29,039 nucleotides of DNA from a virus. Taxonomy: Duplodnaviria > Caudoviricetes. A program made the translations under genes and the position numbers. Positions 1 through 8,091 of the stretch are shown here, in pieces. Each line of letters begins with the position of its first letter. Positions within the stretch are counted from its first letter, which is position 1. Below the pieces are notes generated by a model. That model was not told the DNA's origin, made no database searches, and was given only the letters and a program-made list of their open reading frames with translations. The stretch lies in IMG/VR virus record IMGVR_UViG_3300032243_000186, positions 1-29,039 of that record. One strand, 5' to 3'.

Positions 1-263
1 TAGTAATTTGAACGGTACATTGCATACTGAATCCCAGCCCAAGTCTGTGGGTCTTCAATTGCTGTGCGTTGTAAGGCTTTAACAAATTCGTCTGCTGAAA
101 GAGTAAATTTACCACCAGTTATTTTAGGAGGAAGTCCCAATCCTTGAATATTGAATTGTGTAGAACTAATATCAATTTTGCCAACTGCCCCTGAACCTGT
201 ACCCAGACCAGCAGTCATTTGTGCTAATTTTTCTTTATCGGTCAATTTAGGTGGTGTTGTCAT
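1..263 (-). CDS. Hypothetical virion-module protein, N-terminal part (runs off window edge)
   Basis: ATG at 263 overlaps the TGA of the 1463-aa ORF (ATGA). The frame MTTPPKLTDKEKLAQMTAGLG... stays open to position 1. Not in the ORF track. Confidence 0.8.
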   Translation of the reverse strand, partial: MTTPPKLTDKEKLAQMTAGLGTGSGAVGKIDISSTQFNIQGLGLPPKITGGKFTLSADEFVKALQRTAIEDPQTWAGIQYAMYRSNY

Positions 264-3200
264 TTGTTAAACCCTTCTAATGGTCCAAACGTTCTTTCGT
301 AATGTGTTTTGTAAAACTCTTTGAAGCTACTGTCTTGCTTAGCCAAATCAATTGCTATTTGACGGAAGCCATCAGTAATGATAACAAGTCTTGGTGCATC
401 AACGCTATCTTTGGCTACCGCGTCAGAAACTCTTTTAGCAGCATTGTCAAAGGCTCGATAGGTTCCACCCAAGTCTGCATTTTTAGCAGTTACTTCACCA
501 ATGAATCGGTTTGTTTCAGTTATCTTTTGTTGGGAAACAACGGCAGATAGGGCATTGTCCCAAGCAGGGTACTTATAGTGAACTAACTGACCGATAGTAG
601 CTTTGTTAATTGGCAATCCTCTAAGCCCAGTTTCAACTGGTATAAAGTCAGGCCAAACCTTTTTGCTATCTGGGTTCTTGTAGTTAAAATCTAAGATTGG
701 GGTTAGTCCAACAATTAACTTTGTGCGGTAATCCCAAGCGGCTGTTTGCTGGGCTTGAACACCCATGCTCTTATGCTGAATAGGGTTAAACATGCTCTCT
801 CCAGAACCAATTCTTTCCTTGGCGCTGAGAACTGTTTTAATTGTAGTTTCTACTTGGCCTTCAAACATGTGGCCTTGAGATTGAGGTCCCAAGAATAGAT
901 CATTAAATTCCTTAACCATAGGAACATACTTTTTAAGAGTATCTAAGGTTGAGTCATTTTTAGATTGTGCGCCGTAATGTATTGTCTTTGGACCAAGGAC
1001 TGTCATCAAATTGTAAACACCTTGAATGTATGGGGCGTTAATACCACCAAATCCACCAAGGCCAATGCCGTGTTCAAGGGCATTCATAGCTTCGAGTTGT
1101 TTGATAAGTGGCATGTTTTCATCCATCCACTTCTTTAACTCTGGACCATTTAACTGATCGTAAAGATTTATCATGCCTGAAACTAGAAGTCGTTGTCCAG
1201 GGTGACTTAATAAGAACTTGCCAAACTGACGCATGACTGTTTTGTTAAATGAAAATGGGAAGAAAACTGCGTTAAGTGAACGTTCGGCTGCTGTGCGCTC
1301 GCCATACCCCATAACATTTTCAATCTTTTGTGCAATTTCAGTATCACTGAAACCCTGCTTTGCTAGCCAGTAGGTAGCCCATTGTTCAGAAGCAACTGGA
1401 TTGTAAAGGTTGTAGAAATCTGCTTCTTTAACTACGCGTTCTGCATCATCAAGAAAAGCCGCCTTTGCAGCATCTTGTGGAAATATACGAGCATGGAGTT
1501 CTGCTGCTTGTTTAGCAATACCCATATCTTCCATTTTTGCTTCTGGGTATAGGACTGGTGGGATGTTTTCTGTAATACCTTTTGCAGCAGTCTTAAACAT
1601 ACGACGGAAAGCAAACACAATTGATTCTTGGTAACGCACACGACTACGAAGATTCATAAGACGAGAAGGAATAGCAGCAATAGACATAGCAGTTTTGCCA
1701 AGTTCCTTATTGCCAACATATAAACCTGAATAAAGAATATCTTCTAACTTAGCAATGCCACCAATCATTTCTGATGGGACATTAACGCGAGCCTTCCAAA
1801 TTGCATGGATGGTATTGCGAGCTGATTGTTCATCCATAAATTTACTACCTTTAGGAAGACCCATAAGTTCAGCAACATTTTCTTCCATTGGGGAAGTAAG
1901 AATCTTCATTAAATCTTTATAGCCGATTTCACGCAAACCAAGTTCTGTACGCTTAGCGGTAACAATTTGATTCCATGCTTCTTCTTCAGTAACTGTCTTT
2001 CCCGCTTCTTTAGCAAGTGAAATAATCCGCTGGATAGGAATATCATAATTACCAGCAACACGGCTGGCTAGCATTACTGCCTGTTGCCCCGCAGTTAATT
2101 TAGTTGAAACTTCAGCTTTGTTACGGATGTATGTAAGCAGACGATCAGCATTAAAACTTGGAAGAACATCAATCTTTCCAGCATCAATTGCTGATTGAAT
2201 TGATCTATGTGTTTCTACTGCTGTACGAGCTGAGATTGCTGCTGAAGTAGATAGACGTGGAGAGATACCTAACAAACGAGCAACTTTAGAAGTTGTCTTT
2301 AAGTCAGACATACCCAAATCAGTAAACTGCGCTGCTTCATTAAATACATGCCCAATGTCTGTTCCAATGACTGGCTTATATCCCGCAATTCTCATCTTTT
2401 CAATAAGGTCTTTAACTTCTTGTGGTGCATCGCGAACAATGTGCAAATCAAGTGCTAACCCATCAGCTTGTTTTTCAAACTCATCAAGAAGTATTGAAGC
2501 ATCAGAGTCTGCAAATTTAGTTATATCTACGCCAAATTCATTAATAAGAGATTCTGCAATTTTAGTGCGCATCTTCTGGTAGGGAACTCCTTTAGGAGCA
2601 TTGGCAAGTTCTTCTCTTAATTGATTTAACATTTTATTAGCGCCTGTTTTAGTTAAAGTACTTAAACGCGCTAAACCAATAGAACCAAGAAGGTTTTTAA
2701 CTTGAGCAGTTTCAGCAAACTGAGCATCAATTTTAGGATTCTTAATGCGTGTTACTTCGCCAGTTCCTTGGCCTAATGCAAGATCATATTCTTCTAATGC
2801 TTTTTGGTCAGCAATATCTTTTGCTGTTTCTTTGAAAGTTTTAATTGTTGCAGGAGAAATAAAATACTTAGCCAAATCATTTTGAAGTAATGATTCCATG
2901 GCAACATTAGCTTGAAGTTTTTGGTTAAAACTAGAAGTCCCCTTGCGAGCCTTTGCCCCTGCGCGAACGTCTTCAGCAATACTTACACCAATGTCAGCAA
3001 AACCCGTTTCCATAGCATTCTGATCTGCTACTAAAGTAGTGCGAGCAGCTTGAAGCAATCCATTTGGATTTGCAGCATCAGCATAAATTTGGTTATTTGC
3101 TGTTTTAGCCCATGCTTCTTTTTCTGGTGCGGACATGGCTGCCCATGTTCCATCAGTAAGCAATGGATTTTTTAATTCCCGAACTGCACGGTCAACTGAC

Positions 3201-4651
3201 ATTTGATTAATTTGTTGACCAATTTCTTTTAATACATCTAACTCAGTACCACCATTAGCAACATGGTCAGCGATTACAGCATGATAATCAATCTTTGGAT
3301 TGGCTTTTTGCCATGCGCGTAATGCACCCATATCATCTAAAGCATTACGAAAAGCGTCAGCAGTTTTTTTAGTATCTCCAAGTACTTCAGCAACAGCATT
3401 AGTTTTTCCTAATCCACTTACTGGGTTCATCTGCATAGAAAAAATATCAAGAGCGTGTGCTAAATAAGGGGCAATAGGAGCAGTTCCATAAACTGTAGTA
3501 TCAAGAGTTCCTTGACGCCCACCAGTTTTACTTTCTGCTAAAGCAATCGCTTGTTCTTTTAACCCAGCACCCATAACTGCAAAACCTAATTTGTTTGCTG
3601 CGCGTACTACTGGAAGGCGAAGACGTTGTGCAATGGTATCTCTAACGGCAATTTGAATAGGGGCGCTCATTGCAACTACAGGAGTAATTGCGTGATCTAC
3701 CCCCCAATAAATTTGTTTTAGTATTGGTTTGTTTAAGAATGCTTTACTTGATACATTAAGAAGGCTAGGAGTTCCTGCTTTAGCACTCGCTGTAATTGAA
3801 TTAAGAAGTGTGTACTTAGGTTTAACTACATCAGCAGCTAACTTACCTGTCTTTAACTCTGCTCCAGCAACTTTAATACCTTTTGCTAAACCACCCATCG
3901 GTAAAAATGTAAGAACTGTCATTAAATCTTCAAATGCTTGTTGTCCGCTTGCTGCTCGTTTTGCAAATTCTGCATTGCTTGTTCTATTTTCTGGCTTCGC
4001 ACCAAATTGAGCAATTGCTCTACCTGCTCCTAAAAATGCGTCATTCTTAGCAATTGGATTTAGAATCATGCTTTGTCCTGAAACTACATCTCCAATTGCT
4101 TGAAGTGTTTCGCGGGGTAATGCTTTAACAATTTGAAGAACAACATTAGCATTACGGGATAAACTCAAGGCTCCTAGAATATGTTGAACAGTTGATTTTG
4201 TTGGAGCGTTACCAGTTCCAGGTTTGGTTAAATTAGCATAACGAGCTGTTGATGCTACCTGTGTCCATTCAGGACCCCAGATGCCAGTAACAGGTGTTCC
4301 CTTTGGGGCAAACCCTTGTTCAATTAAGTTCTGTTGAATCTTAGAAACATGATCTTCGTACAAAACTGTAGGAGCATGTCCAGTTAATGTAGTTGCAAGT
4401 TGTTGTGTTACTGAAGGCACACGCGCTTGCTGCGCGTCATAAAAGAAACTTTGTATTCCAGAAGCAGTATCGGCTGTTGCTTGCTTTATTTTGTCAGCAA
4501 TAGCCAACATAACATTTTGCTGTTGACCTGAAGATGCAATTGCAACTTGAGAAGCAACATCCATCGTTCCATGACCTGCTGCGTGTAAAGCATCAATGTT
4601 ATTAGCAAGTTCTTGCGCAGGGGAAAGTGGAAGTGTTGGGTCTGAACTCAT
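260..4651 (-). CDS. Large probable internal virion / DNA-ejection protein (1463 aa) with a putative N-terminal peptidoglycan-binding motif
   Basis: Very long Ala-rich, helical-looking ORF downstream of portal. aa ~100-133 (VSKIQQNLIEQGF..PVTGIWGPEWT) resemble PG_binding_1. The function is inferred from size and position. Confidence 0.55.
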   Translation of the reverse strand: MSSDPTLPLSPAQELANNIDALHAAGHGTMDVASQVAIASSGQQQNVMLAIADKIKQATADTASGIQSFFYDAQQARVPSVTQQLATTLTGHAPTVLYEDHVSKIQQNLIEQGFAPKGTPVTGIWGPEWTQVASTARYANLTKPGTGNAPTKSTVQHILGALSLSRNANVVLQIVKALPRETLQAIGDVVSGQSMILNPIAKNDAFLGAGRAIAQFGAKPENRTSNAEFAKRAASGQQAFEDLMTVLTFLPMGGLAKGIKVAGAELKTGKLAADVVKPKYTLLNSITASAKAGTPSLLNVSSKAFLNKPILKQIYWGVDHAITPVVAMSAPIQIAVRDTIAQRLRLPVVRAANKLGFAVMGAGLKEQAIALAESKTGGRQGTLDTTVYGTAPIAPYLAHALDIFSMQMNPVSGLGKTNAVAEVLGDTKKTADAFRNALDDMGALRAWQKANPKIDYHAVIADHVANGGTELDVLKEIGQQINQMSVDRAVRELKNPLLTDGTWAAMSAPEKEAWAKTANNQIYADAANPNGLLQAARTTLVADQNAMETGFADIGVSIAEDVRAGAKARKGTSSFNQKLQANVAMESLLQNDLAKYFISPATIKTFKETAKDIADQKALEEYDLALGQGTGEVTRIKNPKIDAQFAETAQVKNLLGSIGLARLSTLTKTGANKMLNQLREELANAPKGVPYQKMRTKIAESLINEFGVDITKFADSDASILLDEFEKQADGLALDLHIVRDAPQEVKDLIEKMRIAGYKPVIGTDIGHVFNEAAQFTDLGMSDLKTTSKVARLLGISPRLSTSAAISARTAVETHRSIQSAIDAGKIDVLPSFNADRLLTYIRNKAEVSTKLTAGQQAVMLASRVAGNYDIPIQRIISLAKEAGKTVTEEEAWNQIVTAKRTELGLREIGYKDLMKILTSPMEENVAELMGLPKGSKFMDEQSARNTIHAIWKARVNVPSEMIGGIAKLEDILYSGLYVGNKELGKTAMSIAAIPSRLMNLRSRVRYQESIVFAFRRMFKTAAKGITENIPPVLYPEAKMEDMGIAKQAAELHARIFPQDAAKAAFLDDAERVVKEADFYNLYNPVASEQWATYWLAKQGFSDTEIAQKIENVMGYGERTAAERSLNAVFFPFSFNKTVMRQFGKFLLSHPGQRLLVSGMINLYDQLNGPELKKWMDENMPLIKQLEAMNALEHGIGLGGFGGINAPYIQGVYNLMTVLGPKTIHYGAQSKNDSTLDTLKKYVPMVKEFNDLFLGPQSQGHMFEGQVETTIKTVLSAKERIGSGESMFNPIQHKSMGVQAQQTAAWDYRTKLIVGLTPILDFNYKNPDSKKVWPDFIPVETGLRGLPINKATIGQLVHYKYPAWDNALSAVVSQQKITETNRFIGEVTAKNADLGGTYRAFDNAAKRVSDAVAKDSVDAPRLVIITDGFRQIAIDLAKQDSSFKEFYKTHYERTFGPLEGFNK

Positions 4652-5142
4652 CTAGTAGCACCATTCGCAGCATTAGCATTAAGCCAATCGCGAGTCTTGG
4701 CTACCTCTGGTGATACATCAGAACCGAGTGAGTTAAGAAGTGCTGCTGCTTTAGTTGTAACTAAGGCATCAAATGTAGGTTGCAATGCTTCGCTTCCACC
4801 GCCACCAGGTTGTGTATCCATACCATGGAACAAAGATTGGTTTTTATCTCCTGGTGCATTAAGCGCAGTTATATCTCCAAATGGAGAACCTTGTACTTGT
4901 GGTGCGCCTCGACCCTGTGGTGGTGTTGGTTGCCCTGTATTTTGAATTGACAAAGCCTTTTGAGAATCTAGTTGTGCTTTTGCAGCACCGTACGCCTGAC
5001 CTGATGCAGCTTCTGCTTTCATCTTTTGCCCTGGTTGATTTTGTGGTTGAGCTGCTACAACATTTGCACCACGCAAATCAGCACGGTTTGCATAATTGCG
5101 ACCAACTACGCCGTCTCTTGGACCGCCACGACCTCTAGCCAT
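4648..5142 (-). CDS. Hypothetical virion-associated protein (164 aa, RGRGG N-terminus, Q/P/G-rich)
   Basis: Coupled to portal (TAATG) and to the next gene (ATGA). Low complexity. Confidence 0.75.
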   Translation of the reverse strand: MARGRGGPRDGVVGRNYANRADLRGANVVAAQPQNQPGQKMKAEAASGQAYGAAKAQLDSQKALSIQNTGQPTPPQGRGAPQVQGSPFGDITALNAPGDKNQSLFHGMDTQPGGGGSEALQPTFDALVTTKAAALLNSLGSDVSPEVAKTRDWLNANAANGATR

Positions 5143-6911
5143 TATTTTCTACCGCCTAATGATGCTAAGAACGCCCCAACATCCTGTGGTGGTTGCTGCG
5201 CTGGTTGTTCTTGTGGTTGTTCAGCGCCCATTCCTGGTGCGCCAAGTCCTGGCATTGTTTCAGGTGCGCCAGCAGGTGCAGGGGTTGCCTGACGCTTTTG
5301 AGCAGCATCGTGAACCTTTGTTACCGCTGCTGCCAAGTCCATCTTGTCAGATGCGACCAAAGCCACAATAGCAGCCACATCAGCAGGAGGAATAGACCCT
5401 TGCGATGCTTGAGTTTGGATAGATTGAAGTAATGCCTGTTCAAGTCCTTCACTAACAACCCTATCCTTCTCCATCTCTGGGTCTGAAATAAATGGATCAA
5501 TTTCCTGTGCGGTCTGCTTTGACATGATGCCAATACCAATACGTTGACCTAAACCAACAACAAGTGAGTTTGCATCTGCACCTGAGTGTGAATAAGTAAC
5601 AACGTTATTGTCATCTTCAAAATCTTTGTTTGGAACATAATCAACATGTCCCTTTGCACCGCGAGATGAAACATAAAATGACTTGCGTTCATTTCCAAAG
5701 TAAGTCTTAGCAATAGCAATAGCGCGTTTGTTTTCTTCTTGCAATGAAGCTGCAAAGATTTCTTGTGCTTCTTGAATTGGGAAGTCAACTACGGCTGAAA
5801 GGATTGCATCTCCGCGCTTTCCTGTACGCACGTTAGAAGTAGATTCTCCACCAAACTCAGCAGGTGTACCTGAAGCAATACGTTGTGCGCGTTCGATTCT
5901 ATCCATCATGCCATTAGTAGCAAAGCCTGGATTAGCAGCCATTTCACGGATGTCTCCACCTTGAACAACGTTAACCTGACCTGATCGACCATCGTAAGGT
6001 CCTGCAACAAATCTTGCAGTCTCACCTGGGCGAGATACAAGGTAAGTATCTGGGAAGATTCCGCGTTCTACTGCAATAACTTCTAAAGCCATTAACTTAG
6101 ATTGTAAGTTATACATGCCAACCAAAGAATCAAACTGACCCATTGGACGATCTAAAGTAATACGGCCTGGAACAACTGCAAGACACATTCCTGTACGGTT
6201 AACAATACGTTCCAATTCAACATTGGGAAGACCACGCATATCGCTATCCCATGGATTTGGTTTGATAGTTGCGCTCGCCATAAGAACTGTTACTTCTGCA
6301 TCAGTGTATTCAGCAATGCGAACTAAATCATCTGGCTTTGCACCTTTAGAACTTTTTAGTTGAGCTAATGCGTCAGGGTAACGTGCTTGTAGCCATGCAC
6401 GTGAACGCGTATAAGTAAAAATACAATTTTGTGGTGTCATTTCATCTGGGTCTTCACCAGTTGATGGGAACGTGTTTAATGGATCACGAATATCCCAACG
6501 AGCTGCGCCCCACTTTACATCAGGACGAAGAATAACTGGTGATGATGCGTAGCCAATTAGCCAACGCGCACGACGACGCATTTTAATTGGCATCTTGTTA
6601 GCTTCCCACCAACCCATTGTGGCGCGCTTGCGAGTAGATGCTCGCTTTTCTGATGCGCGGTTTCCATCTTCAAGTGCTGGGTAATAAACGCTAGGCATAG
6701 TAGAAGCAATACGCATTGCAGTTTGGTCAAGGCCAGTTGTAATCAAATTTGCAACTGATGACTTTTCTCTGCGGTCCATTTCAGGTAACGGAATAATGAG
6801 GTCGCCGTTGTACGTATCACGCAATTGGCGCATATTTTCAATCATTGGACCTTGTAGGGTCTGGCGATCAAAAAGAAGTTGCGCTATTTCATCTACTGAT
6901 GGACCGAGCAT
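5142..6911 (-). CDS. Portal (head-tail connector) protein
   Basis: 589 aa, downstream of terL, with portal-like layout and a disordered P/Q/A/G-rich C-terminal tail typical of podovirus-like portals. Confidence 0.8.
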   Translation of the reverse strand: MLGPSVDEIAQLLFDRQTLQGPMIENMRQLRDTYNGDLIIPLPEMDRREKSSVANLITTGLDQTAMRIASTMPSVYYPALEDGNRASEKRASTRKRATMGWWEANKMPIKMRRRARWLIGYASSPVILRPDVKWGAARWDIRDPLNTFPSTGEDPDEMTPQNCIFTYTRSRAWLQARYPDALAQLKSSKGAKPDDLVRIAEYTDAEVTVLMASATIKPNPWDSDMRGLPNVELERIVNRTGMCLAVVPGRITLDRPMGQFDSLVGMYNLQSKLMALEVIAVERGIFPDTYLVSRPGETARFVAGPYDGRSGQVNVVQGGDIREMAANPGFATNGMMDRIERAQRIASGTPAEFGGESTSNVRTGKRGDAILSAVVDFPIQEAQEIFAASLQEENKRAIAIAKTYFGNERKSFYVSSRGAKGHVDYVPNKDFEDDNNVVTYSHSGADANSLVVGLGQRIGIGIMSKQTAQEIDPFISDPEMEKDRVVSEGLEQALLQSIQTQASQGSIPPADVAAIVALVASDKMDLAAAVTKVHDAAQKRQATPAPAGAPETMPGLGAPGMGAEQPQEQPAQQPPQDVGAFLASLGGRK

Positions 6912-7081
6912 TACTTACCTGATTTCTTTTTAGTCTTTCCTGCTTCTGAAAGTGCAATTGCTACAGCTTGTTTCTGAGATTTAACTACTGGACCTTTCTT
7001 AGAACCAGAATGAAGTTTACCTGAACCGTACTCCTTCATTACTTTAGCAACCTTCTTAGCTGCTTTAGTTTGCTTCTTCAT
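6911..7081 (-). CDS. Small Lys-rich protein, DUF6496-like (56 aa)
   Basis: Read by hand: MKKQTKAAKKVAKVMKEYGSGKLHSGSKKGPVVKSQKQAVAIALSEAGKTKKKSGK. It has the KVMxE..GKLHSGS..QAxAIALSEA signature and overlaps both neighbours. Confidence 0.8.
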   Translation of the reverse strand: MKKQTKAAKKVAKVMKEYGSGKLHSGSKKGPVVKSQKQAVAIALSEAGKTKKKSGK

Positions 7082-7380
7082 TTTTTACCACTATTTCTCT
7101 TTGAAATGGCTGCTGCTTTTTTCTTAGCATCTGCTTTACTAGATGCTCCCCATGCTTCTAAAGATAAAAGCAAACGGGTGGGTTCTCCATTTGGCTTGCG
7201 TTCAGGTCCTGGAGTATTTCCCATGCGAGCTAAAAAACTAGCTCTACGTGGATTGTCCCCAGACTTAACTGGTGGCTTTAGGTTGTGACCTTCCGCCTTA
7301 GCACTAGCGCGACCTTTAGCATTAAGACCACCTTTTGGGTTCTGTCCTTCTTTGCGTTGCCATGCTGGAGTTTTAGCCAT
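7078..7380 (-). CDS. Basic protein, DUF6321-like (100 aa)
   Basis: AWQRKEGxNPKGGLNAKGRAS...RRASFLARM...W signature of a widespread phage family found near terminase/portal genes. Confidence 0.75.
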   Translation of the reverse strand: MAKTPAWQRKEGQNPKGGLNAKGRASAKAEGHNLKPPVKSGDNPRRASFLARMGNTPGPERKPNGEPTRLLLSLEAWGASSKADAKKKAAAISKRNSGKK

Positions 7381-7535
7381 TACTTTTTCTTTCTTGATGC
7401 TGCCGCGTTATCTACTAAATTTGGGTAAGGACGCCCTGCTGCTTTGGCGCTGGCTTTTGCTTTTGCCTTTTGCGTCGGAGTTAACTTTGTTGAAGTTTTT
7501 TTAGGATTTTTTTTGTCCCAAAATTCTTTTGGCAT
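7380..7535 (-). CDS. Small Lys-rich protein (51 aa, GRPYPNLVDN motif)
   Basis: Read by hand: MPKEFWDKKNPKKTSTKLTPTQKAKAKASAKAAGRPYPNLVDNAAASRKKK. TAATG overlaps on both sides. Confidence 0.8.
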   Translation of the reverse strand: MPKEFWDKKNPKKTSTKLTPTQKAKAKASAKAAGRPYPNLVDNAAASRKKK

Positions 7536-7711
7536 TATTTACCTTTCTTTACGCCAGAAACTTTCTTCAAGCGTGGGTTAGCTTTAATGGCAGCAGGTGA
7601 TGCCTTGCGAGCGCCAGCAGCAACAATGGCTGATGCGCGCTCAATAGAAATACCTTGCTTCTTTGCAATGCCAGCAGCAACTGCCTTAAATCCTGGGTGC
7701 GCTTTTTTCAT
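7535..7711 (-). CDS. Small Lys/Ala-rich protein (58 aa)
   Basis: Read by hand: MKKAHPGFKAVAAGIAKKQGISIERASAIVAAGARKASPAAIKANPRLKKVSGVKKGK. TAATG overlaps on both sides. Confidence 0.8.
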   Translation of the reverse strand: MKKAHPGFKAVAAGIAKKQGISIERASAIVAAGARKASPAAIKANPRLKKVSGVKKGK

Positions 7712-7842
7712 TACTTCTTCTTACCCATCTTTTTAACAGGTGGCTTTACAACCATTTTTTTGCCAGTTTTCTTGGCTTCAGCTTTTGCCATAGCTTCACC
7801 CTTAGGTGTGTATGGATATTCTTTTTTACCAACTTTTGGCAT
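7711..7842 (-). CDS. Small Lys-rich protein (43 aa)
   Basis: Read by hand: MPKVGKKEYPYTPKGEAMAKAEAKKTGKKMVVKPPVKKMGKKK. TAATG overlaps on both sides. Confidence 0.78.
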   Translation of the reverse strand: MPKVGKKEYPYTPKGEAMAKAEAKKTGKKMVVKPPVKKMGKKK

Positions 7843-8030
7843 TACATTGACTTCACAATCTTTTTACCAGCGGACTTGCCCTTCATTGAGGACTTAACCT
7901 TGGCGACTACATCTTTCTCGCCCATCTTCTTTTCCATAGCAACCATCTTCTTGCCTTCAGCATTTTCATGCTTAGCCATTAAAGCTTTAGTTGCAAACTT
8001 TTCAGTTTTCATTGACTTCTTCGCTGCCAT
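7842..8030 (-). CDS. Small Lys/Met-rich protein (62 aa)
   Basis: ORF track. First gene of the coupled basic-protein train. Confidence 0.78.
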   Translation of the reverse strand: MAAKKSMKTEKFATKALMAKHENAEGKKMVAMEKKMGEKDVVAKVKSSMKGKSAGKKIVKSM

Positions 8031-8065
8031 GTGAGTCTCATTTCTAGTGTGGGCGCGGTACTTTG

Positions 8066-8091
8066 CGTAAAATATACCACCTTACGCGTAA
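8066..8091 (-). promoter_or_regulatory. Putative late promoter: palindrome TTACGCGTAA, extended -10 TGgTATATT, then TTACG
   Basis: The minus strand reads TTACGCGTAAGGTGGTATATTTTACG in the terL-to-basic-ORF spacer. Confidence 0.5.
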
